64,000 nt of DNA from Squalus acanthias (Eukaryota): assembly GCA_030390025.1 (NCBI GenBank), contig CM059441.1, positions 20,894,001-20,958,000 of the forward strand, in the 5' to 3' direction. The notes below the pieces were generated by a model. That model was not told the origin of the DNA, did not search any database, and was given only the letters and a program-made list of their open reading frames with translations. The position numbers were made by a program, and so were the translations under genes. Position 1 is the first letter of the stretch. Each line of letters starts with the position of its first letter. This document shows, one piece after another, positions 12,277-22,324 of the stretch.

Positions 12277-14100
12277 TCATTGGGTACTGTTGGACGGGGC
12301 TGCGGCACCTGCGGGGCCGGTAGCGACTGCCACCCTTCCTTGCGAAATCATGAGGGTGCGCATGGCTCCCAACATTGATTCTATCGCATCGGGATGGATA
12401 GGCACACCAGCTCCCTTATCGGGGGCAGGTGCCTGGGCTCGGGCTGCGGGATTTTTATCCCTGGACTCTTTCCAAGGGTTCCTGCAGTTCTTGCGCCAGT
12501 GCCCTGTCTTTCCGCACCCGAAACAAGCATTACTGGCTTGTGGGACGCGATTTCCCTCCTGATGCCACTCCCTTAGAGCCGGGGCGGTGGGCCGCGCCTC
12601 ATGCACCTTTCCCTTGAGGGGACGCGCTCCCATACTCCTAGTATTACGGTACCCTACCGTGAGTCGATTTAGGACCGACTCCTCTGTAGTGGCGGGGTTA
12701 GTGGGATCAAACCACGCTTTGGCCTGCTCCCTGACGGCTGGCAAACTGTTGGCTACTAAACACCTGAGCCAATGAATTAAACCAACCCCGTTCAAATAGG
12801 TGCGCTCTGGCGCACCTGGGCAGCTACGCTGGTATACTGGCCACAGCCTGTCGGCGAAAACCTTCGGGGGTTCTCCCTCCATCTGCACTGTCTGTCCCAA
12901 TCTAACGAACGGACCTTCATCGTCCGCTCCCAACACTTCCAGGACCTCGTCCCTCAATTCCCCATAGGTATGCTCTCCCCTTTTGCTCGCGTCTGAGAGA
13001 CACTGTAGGACCGAGCTGTCTAATGAGAACAGCAGCATTTTTGCCTTTTCTCCATTGTCGCAGCCATTAATGGCTGCGGTCTGCTCTACCTCCCTGAAAT
13101 GTACTGAAGGGTCGTCTGCCTCGGACAGCTTCCGTACGTGACTGATCATAGCCCTCAGCTGGTGTGCATTGTGTGGCAACACAAGCTGGCTGAGGAGATT
13201 CCCCGCTTCCCCATTGTCTCCCTCCGGGCCCCTCTTGATACCTGTAAGCGGGCACAACGGTCCCGGCTTCACTACTACTTCAGGGGGCTGTACTAACTCG
13301 GGGACCTCTTCCTCTACTTCTACCACTTCCTCCCTTACCCAGGTTGCCGAATAGCTGGGTGGCGCGGAGGGCACAGTGGCAAATACCTCCTCTGCTTTGT
13401 TCGGTGGGGATTTCTGAAATTCCCCACCCACCGGCGGCTGGTGTGCTGACAGGCTGATAAGGCATACCATGCCGTGCGCTTTATTCAGGGCCTCTTTAAG
13501 GTTCCCTATCTCTCTTTGGCAGACGCTGTGATCGGCCCCCTCATGTTTATCCTCGAGGGCCATCTTATATGCCGCCCTAACTCCCTTTAAGCTCTCTTCC
13601 TGGGCTTTTATTTGAGCAGCCAGGCGGGCACATCGTTCCCTTATTCTGCCCTCATTTAATTTTGCCTCAGTGACCTGGCACTCGAGGTAATCTATTTTCG
13701 CCTCATGGTGGTTGGCGACTAACTGGCGTTCTTGATGCAACGCATTTAAGGACGCGATGAGCTGCTGCCCCCCCGCGACCTTCTCGTCCATTTCCACCTC
13801 TAAACCCTTGATCTGAGCTGCCTGCGCTATGATGACCTGGTCCGAAAGCTGGACTTGCCTTTTATAACACATCAGCCAGACCGCTTTCTCTACAGATTTT
13901 TTATGTTCCTTGCTACCTGTCCATCTCACGGCTGCCTCTAGTGGACGCTTATCCACCAGCAGGTCACTTATCCATCTCTTAGTCAAATTCACTTTTCCAA
14001 AAACATAATCGGCTATTCTCTCTTCCATAACATTTCGCACATTCATACCAGGGTCTAACACATTATTTTCTTGCTGCCAGTGTCCCTTCGTGGTCGCCAT
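12277..14100 (-). CDS. gag: Gag polyprotein of an LTR retroelement (open for 607 codons; true start possibly the Met at 14046)
   Basis: N-terminal coiled coil, PSAPPSY, capsid MHR-like QMEGEPPKVFADRL, and CCHC knuckle CFGCGKTGHWRKNC. Directly follows the LTR and PBS. Confidence 0.92.
   Translation of the reverse strand: MATTKGHWQQENNVLDPGMNVRNVMEERIADYVFGKVNLTKRWISDLLVDKRPLEAAVRWTGSKEHKKSVEKAVWLMCYKRQVQLSDQVIIAQAAQIKGLEVEMDEKVAGGQQLIASLNALHQERQLVANHHEAKIDYLECQVTEAKLNEGRIRERCARLAAQIKAQEESLKGVRAAYKMALEDKHEGADHSVCQREIGNLKEALNKAHGMVCLISLSAHQPPVGGEFQKSPPNKAEEVFATVPSAPPSYSATWVREEVVEVEEEVPELVQPPEVVVKPGPLCPLTGIKRGPEGDNGEAGNLLSQLVLPHNAHQLRAMISHVRKLSEADDPSVHFREVEQTAAINGCDNGEKAKMLLFSLDSSVLQCLSDASKRGEHTYGELRDEVLEVLGADDEGPFVRLGQTVQMEGEPPKVFADRLWPVYQRSCPGAPERTYLNGVGLIHWLRCLVANSLPAVREQAKAWFDPTNPATTEESVLNRLTVGYRNTRSMGARPLKGKVHEARPTAPALREWHQEGNRVPQASNACFGCGKTGHWRKNCRNPWKESRDKNPAARAQAPAPDKGAGVPIHPDAIESMLGAMRTLMISQGRVAVATGPAGAAAPSNSTQ
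14082..14099 (-). promoter_or_regulatory. 18-nt primer binding site for tRNA-Arg (TCG-type 3' end)
   Basis: The minus strand reads TGGCGACCACGAAGGGAC, complementary to ...GUCCCUUCGUGGUCGCCA, 5 nt from the LTR end. Confidence 0.88.
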
Positions 14101-14104
14101 TATC

Positions 14105-16491
14105 TGTAAGGGGTTACGCGTGGCTCTGTGCTTAGCCTGGGTGCTAGTGCGGGGTTAGGCCTTGTTGCCTGTTCTGGTCTCCAGCCAGCCTGGTAGCACT
14201 AGACACCTGTGAGTGGTTCGACCCACTCGCCCTTACGGTTCTGACACTGGACTTAGGTGCGAGAGCAATAATGCAGAGAAAACTCAGGTAGACCCGGTTG
14301 AATAGTGCGAAATGGAAATTTTTTATTGCATATTGTTCAAGATTACGAAATAGATGTCATAAGCACAGATTAATGACATTACAAGCTTACATATATTTAT
14401 GAAACTAGGTTTAGGGAAACGAGGAGCGCATGACACATCGTAAAAGGGGACACACATTGGCCCAAAAATTAGTGCCGCTACGCGAGAGTACGCACTGTGT
14501 ACTCTCGCGTATTCTGTCTCCAATTGCCGGTTTTCTGCATGCACTGCGCATGCGCTGAAAACCGGCACTTGGTGAATTCAAAAGGGGGCGGTTCCTAGGT
14601 GAACCGCGTGCGCGCTACAGGCTGCGCGCACGCAGTTCACTTAGTGCTTTGGACGCGCAGTTAAGCATGGAAGATTTTAGACATAAAGAAAGGAGGCGTA
14701 AGACCCTCTTTTAACAAGGTAAGTACTTAATTAAGTATTATTTTGAATTTTTTTCAACAGGTATATCTTTTTTAGAGACTTTAAAGACAGGTAAGTTTAT
14801 TTTTATAACTTTTTAAAAGATTTTAAATTTTTTCAAAAATTTAATTTTTTGTTTAAAATGGTTAATTTATTTAACTATACTTATTTTATTAATCTGATGG
14901 TTTTTAAAAAAAAATTAATTGAGGTTTAGCTGTTCTTTTGGGGGGTTATAGTATTCATAGCTTTCGCAGCCGTGCTGTGAAAGCTATGAATGAAAGATGG
15001 TGTGCTGCCATTGGCTCTAACTGAGTCACGTGATCCCACAGCTCGCACGAATTAACTACGCCTGTGGGATACGAAAGCACTGCACAGATGCTGTCCAGAA
15101 CATCAAGTTCGTGCGAGCTCGGACTGAAAAAGCCAGCGCTCAGTGAGAGATCGCGGGAAGGCCTTACCCTCGCACAAACGCTCACTCACTCATTTTTGGG
15201 CCATTATAATTATCCTTAAAACATAAACCCTCCCCTATCAATACCTGTCCTAATCTAGATCTGTAGGATCTAGACTCATGCTCACCACTCGTGATAACTC
15301 GGAGAATTCCGAAACTCTGCTCGGATGTTTTCACCGCAGCACCTGACTATCCATGTGTTGATCAGGGGTCTCTGTTCCCCACTTGTTTACTCGCTTCTGC
15401 TCCGGCTAGCAGGCTGGACCGTCTGCTGTCATGAAGATCTGTGTTGACCTCGGACTCCAGATACAGTTCGAGGAAGAGTCTTACTGTGCCCGACACCAGT
15501 TGTCGGTAGAACTCGAAGAAAAGTCTTCCAGGGCCAGTTGTGGAGTAGCCGATAGAATTCGAAGAAATGGTTAATCGATTTTCGGGTGCGGTCGGGGTTT
15601 ACTGACCGCGGCGGCACGTGTAGTCGTCTTCTTCTCTTCTCATCTCATCTCATCTCATCTCCTCTCGGGCCTTCGGTTCCAACACCGTTTACCGACTTCT
15701 CGGGATGGTGCGCCCGCTTACCGGCCTTCGCAGACCAGCTCTCCACAGATCTTCGCGGCAAGCCACGAGGTTGACTCCCGGAAAATCCACGGATCAGAGG
15801 AGCGAGTCAAAGGAATAAGAGTCGAGCGAATAAGAGCGCGAGTAAGAGAAAGATGGACGTCTGGACACTACAGTTATAGTACTGTAATTCCTTATCTCCC
15901 GCCCAATCTTAATGTTCATCTTTTGTCATGTTTTGGCGCTCAAACTTCTTGTATGGGGTGGTATTTGTCGTTAATGGGTTTCGGTGACACTTGTAACTGT
16001 CTGACTACCCGTTAATATTTCTCCCATTGTGGAACCGGCTAGGAGTCTCCCTGGAGGGGTTTTGGGGGCCTCCGATTCTTGTTGTGAGTACCCGCGAACG
16101 GCTCTCTCATCGTAGAGCCGTGGGGAATTTGCGTATCAATGTCTTTTGGATGGGCCCCTAATTGCCCAGTACAATAGCCCTCGTTTGTGCATGGAAAACC
16201 TGATTCCAGCACTTATATTCCTTGCTTGGGTGTTAAAATACAAAACGATCTCGTCTTGTCTTATCTCAATATGCTGAGTCCTGTCCGATCTTGCTGAAAT
16301 GTTTATTGAAACGCCATCTTGTCTGCCTGCTGAAAATCTAGAACCTTCTGCCACGAGGCGTGGTGGCCATTTTACAGGCTGTTTGTGTCCGTTTTGAAAC
16401 CTGACAGCATTTTGCTGAAATAAAGCTGTTTATACGAAACTATGTCTCCTTCTCATTATTATGAAATCGCGATAATTTTGCGAATTCTACA
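14105..16491 (-). mobile_element. 5' LTR (about 1.64 kb excluding a MITE insertion) of the readthrough gag-pro element
   Basis: TGTA...TACA ends; colinear with the solo LTR at 54123..55764; minus-strand AATAAA at 14327..14322. Confidence 0.92.
14459..15202. mobile_element. 744-bp Harbinger-type MITE inserted in the LTR
   Basis: Ends GGCCCAAAAAT...ATTTTTGGGCC with TSD att. It is absent from the solo LTR (acacattata near 54471); a second copy lies at 50099..50842. Confidence 0.93.
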
Positions 16492-17569
16492 AACCTAACC
16501 ACCTTTCAGGGGTGGTATCAGCCCAATTATAATCATACTCGAACACCCCCGTTTCTTGTATTAACCAATACCTCAGGAGTTGGTAGGCCACAGGGGGCAT
16601 TATGTTTTAAAAAGCAGGCTGAAGTAAGCAGGATGCAGGATGAAAAGGAAGTCGGAGAGAGCTCTTGTAATCAAACAGTCGTGTGGCAACCACCAATTCC
16701 TGGCCTGTTTGACCGGGGATTTTATTCAGTTTGACTGGACAAAAGTAAATAATAAAACCAGCAGGTCCCCCTGGACCGGCGACCCTATCCGAATATGGAG
16801 GGGAGGAGAAGGTAATCTGACAGCCTATAACTGTACCTATTTTATATGCGGGAACAAGGCTTACCCATGGTTGCCACATAACTGGATAGGATCCTGCTAT
16901 TTAGGTTATGTAGTACCTTATATCCATATTTTAGATGAGATAGGAAAACATTATGAATTCCAAAGAACTAAAAGAGAGGTAGAAACTTATGAAAGAGTCT
17001 TTGGAGTATTAATAGCCCCATACGGAGTAGGGAAGTTAATGGGAGAAGTAACCGAGCTAGCGGACCTGATAGAAAAAGTAGCAAATGAAACTGAGGAAGG
17101 ATTGTCCGAAATGAGTGCGGAAATGGTAGCTATGAGAGTAATGACATTACAGAATCGAATGGCAGTAGATTATCTGTTGGCAGATAAAGGAGGAACTTGT
17201 GCTTTTATAGGGAGTGAATGTTGTACCTATATCCCAGACAGTTCAGAAAATATAACTAACATTGTCAAACACATAAGAGATGCAGTGAGTCAGTATAAGA
17301 ATCCAAAGAGCCAAGGATGGTTTGACTGGATGCTGGGAGGATGGCTGGGATCAATGGGACAAATATTATTGCATGGACTTATAGTAGTAGTAGTAGCAGT
17401 AATTGTATGTATCAGTCTGTTTGTCAAAATGGCCAAGTGCGGTTGTGATAGGCTAGGTAAGGCAGTTATACCCGAAGGAAGTATGATGGTGCAGAGGGAA
17501 CTAAATGAAGAAGAAGAGGACGAACCTCTAGGAGAAGAACTAAGGCGATTGAATAAGATAAATTTTTAA
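16492..17569 (+). pseudogene. env: ERV envelope with gamma-type TM (epsilon/gamma-like fish ERV); 5' end cut by the LTR insertion and SU frameshifted near 16720
   Basis: Furin site RTKR, fusion peptide, ISD LQNRMAVDYLLA, CX6CC (CAFIGSECC) and TM anchor ILLHGLIVVVVAVIVCISLFV. An upstream SU frame is open from 16492 (NLTTFQGW...GESSCNQTV). Confidence 0.92.
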
Positions 17570-17675
17570 GGATTAGATGGCCAAGATGTTGCCGGTCACA
17601 GTTGGTTCTGGGACCGAGAAGAAGGACAAGGGACTGAAAGGGTCAATTTCAGTTAGATTTTGTCCTAGTAAGGAC

Positions 17676-18330
17676 AAAAAGGGGGGAATGTGGAAGTGTA
17701 TTTTTAATTGGACACAAAATGGCTTCTTGGACACAAAATGGCTTCATAAGACACAGAATATAAAATCTAAAATGGCCTACACAATGTCTGTTAGAAAGAT
17801 TAGCCAATTGTTTATAGTTTCAACCTAATGAAGGAATTTCAGTTTGCAGACTGTTTAAATTGCCCCCAATAAATAACTTAGGTTTGTAGAACAAGAAGTC
17901 TCTCTCTAACGAGCTTAAGATAACTAAGGCTATAGCGTGAATCACTATCTCCCTTGAATTCTAGATGGTGTGGTGGGAGAAATCACACGTCCCCCCTTTA
18001 GAAGGGATTTAGTTAGCCTTATCTCAAGGGATTTCTGCTGTTTTAAATCTTTATGACCTTTAGAAAGTCCTTTTATGTATACACAAATACTCTTTTAACT
18101 TGTTTTATAGGCACTATGCTGTCAATTAATGATTTATTACCATGTCATGTGATATAGGAAGCTTGTATTTTTCTGTGTATAAATTTGTAGCAGTTTTTGT
18201 ATTTGCAGGGTGTCATCATAGCCGAATTTGACTATGGTTGCACCCTCCTTGCAGCAAGTAAATTAATAAAACCTTCCTTTGACGCTACTTTATGTTTAAA
18301 GAGTCTTACTCGGAAGTCGAAACTTCGACA
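17676..18330 (+). mobile_element. Polypurine tract (17676..17688) and 3' LTR (17689..18330) of the env-bearing ERV
   Basis: AAAAAGGGGGGAA is followed by TGTGGAAG...CTTCGACA (imperfect inverted ends), with AATAAA at 18265. Harbinger sequence resumes at 18331. Confidence 0.88.
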
Positions 18331-19320
18331 GCAGTCAGTGGCACCCTGCACCATGGGGAAGCCCGCTATCCTCACAAAGCCCAATGCGCGTTCATGCTGT
18401 TTGGCCCGGGTCATCAGGAAAGAGATGTACTGGCGTCTCCTTTTATAGAGGGCATTTGTGACCTGACGGATGCAGCAATGGACCGTGAAATGGGAGATAT
18501 TGGCGATGTCCCCAGTAGCTGCTTGAAAGGAGCCGGTGGCATAAAAATTCAGAGCCACTGTGACCTTCACTGCCACCGACAGAGACGTCCTGGTCCTCAG
18601 TTGAGGCTGCAGATCTGGCTGCAGCAAGTGGCAGAGCTCAGTGACCACCTCCTTGCTGAAGCGCAGCCTGCGCAAACACTGCACCTCAGACAAATGAATG
18701 TAGGAGAATTGTTCCCGGAATACCCTGGAACAATTAAGGTCTCCTGTGCAGAGGCCTGTTGGCCCTCCTCCCTCTGGCCATGATTGCCACTCTCTCTCTG
18801 CGTCTCTGTTGCCTCCGATTCTGCAGGCACAGGACGATGCCCCAAATCAGTGCATCCCCCATCGTCTCTTGACAATCGAAGTAATGAAGGTCAAATCCAA
18901 AAGTACCTGCAAAGTGATGCTCAGTAGCCAAAACTACTTCACACAGTGTTGACTCTATGCAGTAGTCTCTCTCTCTCTCTCTCTCTCTCCTTCAGAATGA
19001 GTGGTGCAAAAATGTCTACCACAGAAAAAGGCAGGAAGAGGGTGCCTTTAAATAGCACCCCCCCAGCCCCTCACTGACTGGGAAACGTGCAAGTCTCCCT
19101 GTCATTGCTTATGGCAGGCGGAAAGGACGGGGGCGCCACTCAATATCCAGTCCGGGGCCTCACCAGGGCATTGCATGGTTGACTGACGGCTTGACCTGCG
19201 GGCGCAGGAGATTGGGGCGGTAAACTTTTGCGCCGCCGCAAAAACTCGTCAATTTCGCGAGCGGTGCAAACATCGCCGCGCCCGGGCGCTAGTTGCTTTG
19301 CGCCCCATTAGCACCCTTTT
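18331..19320 (-). mobile_element. Harbinger remnant: terminal region plus transposase N-terminal half, cut by the ERV
   Basis: MSEVQCLRRLRFSKEVVTELC...GFPMVQGATDC. 19000..19320 resembles one end of the 42608 MITE. Confidence 0.85.
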
Positions 19321-19520
19321 TTTCCTCTATTAACTGCTCATTTAATTCATACCTGTTTATGGGACCTTGCTATGTGTAAGTTGGCTGCCACGGTTGCCTA
19401 TGTAACAACAGTGACTTGTCTTAACTCCAATGATCTTCACTCTATGGATTCTGTGTGAAAGCTCGAAGTGTCTCAATCCACTTTATGCTATTCTACCCCA
19501 CATCAGTGGGTCATCTTACC

Positions 19521-19619
19521 TCACTTAGACAAAGAATCCTCTAATATTTCTAACTTCTTCACCTTAGTGAAGCCCTCACAGGTTTCTCTTTCACAAACCT
19601 GAGCGCCTTTGTAGCCTTG
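19521..19619 (-). pseudogene. Candidate cytoplasmic-tail exon of an orphan receptor paralog
   Basis: A tttttgaaacag acceptor precedes phase-0 QGYKGAQVCERETCEGFTKVKKLEILEDSLSK*. The segment is duplicated at about 63520..63971. Confidence 0.4.
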
Positions 19620-20170
19620 CTGTTTCAAAAAGGCTCTTCCCCTGTGCCTGCCTCTGTGTAGTTTACCTCCCACTATTCAAAACCAGAAAACAAAAGCCTG
19701 CCAGACCTTCTACTGAGCATGTGGGACCAACAGCTCCCCAGACAAATGGGTGCGGTGTGCTGATTGATTACCAAGATAACCTGGAGGATCCTGAATTGGG
19801 AATGGGATATATACTTGAAAAGGAAAGAATTGCAGGGCTTTGGGGAAAGAGCTGCTGAGTGGGACTAATTGGAGAGCTCTTTCAAAGAGCCAGCACAGGT
19901 AAGGTGGGCTGAATTACCTCCTTCTGTGCTTTATGATTCAACGATAGTGACACCACCCTATAGCCAATCTTTGAGTGCCTGAGCTGACACTGGGGAAAAG
20001 GTAACATCCCTCAGCAAGAAAGGACAATTTGCCATGAGGCATTTTTCACTGTGACTTGAATTAGAAGTAAAATTTGGCAAATTTGATTGAGCTGTCTTAG
20101 TTTATTAATAATGTTAAACAATTTTAAAAACATATTGTTCAGCAATTAACACAAAATCCACAATACTTAC

Positions 20171-20262
20171 CTTAATTTTTCTTTGTGCAACACATGACTA
20201 AACTGTCACAAATCAACAGGGCTGCCAAGATCATCCGTCATAGTCAATTCCAGATAATGTAG
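20171..20262 (-). pseudogene. Decayed transmembrane exon of a CD300/MDIR-like paralog
   Basis: ttttgtccag acceptor, YIIWN*L*RMILAALLICDSLVMCCTK, GTAAGT donor. Homologous to the intact exon 29862..29952. Confidence 0.8.
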
Positions 20263-20589
20263 CTGGACAAAAGGAACATTTCAGATTGGGGTCCTAAAAA
20301 GGGCGATCGGCCTCTGATCAGCGTACGAAAGAGGGCCAACGTCTGTTTCAGATGGGTGCCCGGGATCTCTAAATATCGCCCGATCCAATTTCGCATTCAG
20401 GGTACTTCGGGGATGATACGGGTGCAGGATATAATGCACTGAAATTGCTAGGTTTATCATCCAGTTTACGCCAGATAAATGGCAGCTGCCCCTTGGCTTC
20501 AATGGCTGGTCTCCTGTTGTTGCCACTTATTCGCCTTGATGCTCACTTTTCTCTTGTTACTCAATTAAATCAATTGGAAGGCTTCAATC

Positions 20590-21900
20590 TACATCAAAGC
20601 TATGCAACAAACAGTAACTATATTTCCAAACTTCCATGCACAATGTGGCAATTTAGCTCCAGAACGGTCCAACCATATGAAGTGCTAACTTAGAATCTCA
20701 ATTATTTGCTCAGTGAGGGCCCTTTTTGACACAAGGGCATCATTGGGCCAGAAATTCGGCTCTCCGGCTTCCCGCGGGTGTAAGCATCGTGCGCGTACTT
20801 ACCTACCGCGCCTGCCGTTGTGTTTCGGGCCCACGAGGAATTCGAGTCCTGGGCCTCCTGCAGCTGCCGGCGCGCAGTGCTTGCGTATCCCAGGGGCGCA
20901 GTTAGTTCGAAGCGTCCCCTGGGATCATGTGGGCCATGGAGAGCCAATCCTAGCAGGGAATTTTCATTCATAGATTTGACAGGAAGACCTGTTAAATCTA
21001 TGAATAGAGATCGGCCCCAAAACCACACTAAAACTTCAAATAAATTTTTAAAAACCATCACATTTTTAAAATAACTATAAATTACATAAATCAACTACTT
21101 TAAACAAAAATTTAAATTTTTGAAAAAATTAATTCAACTTTTTAACGGTGCTAAAAATAAACTTACCTTTCTTTAAAGTATGTAAAAAAATAAACCTGTT
21201 GAAAAAATATTTAAATTGTAATTAATTAACCACTTACCTTGTTAAAAACAGGCCTTGCACCTCCTTTTTAAATGTACAGCTTCTCCATACTTAACCTCAC
21301 GGAGAAACCTAAAAAAAAAACGAAGTTCACTGCGTGCGCGCTGCCTCTCCCGCGCACGCGTTCGACTTGTGAACCCCTTCCTTCAGGGGAACGGAAGTTC
21401 TGGTTTCCCGCACATGCACAGTGCATGCGTGAAACCAGCACTTCAGGTGCCCTTACGGGTGAGTACACAGCGCGTACCCATCTGACAAGCGCCGAATTTC
21501 TGGCCCAATTATATCCTTGCTTGGCTCAGTATGGGAATGGTGCGCAGGTACGAGCAGCCTTGGTTACACTATATACCCTACGCTTCTCAAGTTTTCCTGC
21601 TAAGAGAACTGAGCATTAACCTGCATGATTTCCATCCGTGTATCACACATCTGTACATTGATTCGATGGAATTCCTTTTGTTTGATGTCACGATTGTAGT
21701 TTAGTGAATGAATAGTGCAGGGAATGATGTCCTGCACCTTTGAGAACCTACAAACACAGTGAGAAGCAAACAGGTTTGGCTGCTGTTTCTGTTTGGTATT
21801 GCTGAATGTTATGTACCCATGTGCATGCCTTTGCAAGTGTAAGAATAAGCCATTTGCTGTAAGAATTTGCTATAACTTGATCAAAGTTAAAAAAGGTGAC
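20590..21900 (-). pseudogene. Old Harbinger transposase remnant, interrupted by a MITE
   Basis: RFSKVQDIIPCT, KEFHRINVQMCD, GYN..EQII and HFIWLDRSGAKL...IVTVCC correspond to HARBI1-type motifs. Confidence 0.65.
20745..21506. mobile_element. Harbinger-type MITE with perfect 16-bp TIRs
   Basis: GGGCCAGAAATTCGGC...GCCGAATTTCTGGCCC, with att/aatt flanks and an AT-rich core. Confidence 0.9.
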
Positions 21901-22007
21901 CAAATTTAATACGATAGCAAAATACTGCGGATGCTGGAAATCTGAAATAACAACAGAAAACGCTGGAAAAACTCAGCAGGCCAGGCAGCATCCGTGGAGA
22001 GAGAAAG

Positions 22008-22046
22008 AGAGTTAACGTTTCAGGTCGATGACCTTTCGTCAGAACT
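22008..22046 (-). ncRNA. Minimal type I hammerhead ribozyme of the Penelope element
   Basis: Minus strand AGTT-CTGACGA-A-AGGTC-ATC-GACCT-GAAAC-GTTA-ACT: core boxes CUGANGA and GAAA, a 5-bp stem II and palindromic AACGTT. Confidence 0.8.
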
Positions 22047-22324
22047 GTGAAGAGCCGGAAATCAAATAGATTTAAAGCCAGAGTAAAGCTGGGAAAAGGG
22101 GGAGGGTATAAAAGAACAAAGGGGGAGATGAAGAGACATTAAGAGACATTAAGAGATATGCAAGGCTAGAGGTGGTGTTAATGTGACAGATTAAGGCTGA
22201 AAGAAGTGTGAAATCCACTGGCAGAATGAAGGACAGCTGCCAGCTTCTAGGAGGAAAAAAAAGGGTGGGGGGGGGCAAATAAAAGGGTGGAAAAAATAAA
22301 ATATAAATGTGATTGGAGCTGAGG

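Noticed and set aside
16640-16720. ATG at 16640 as env start
   Set aside because: There is no signal peptide, and the SU-like frame upstream is a different frame, indicating a frameshift.
12277-17569. gag and env as genes of one provirus
   Set aside because: They are on opposite strands. env has its own PPT and an unrelated 642-bp LTR, and its SU frame is cut by the 1.64-kb LTR.
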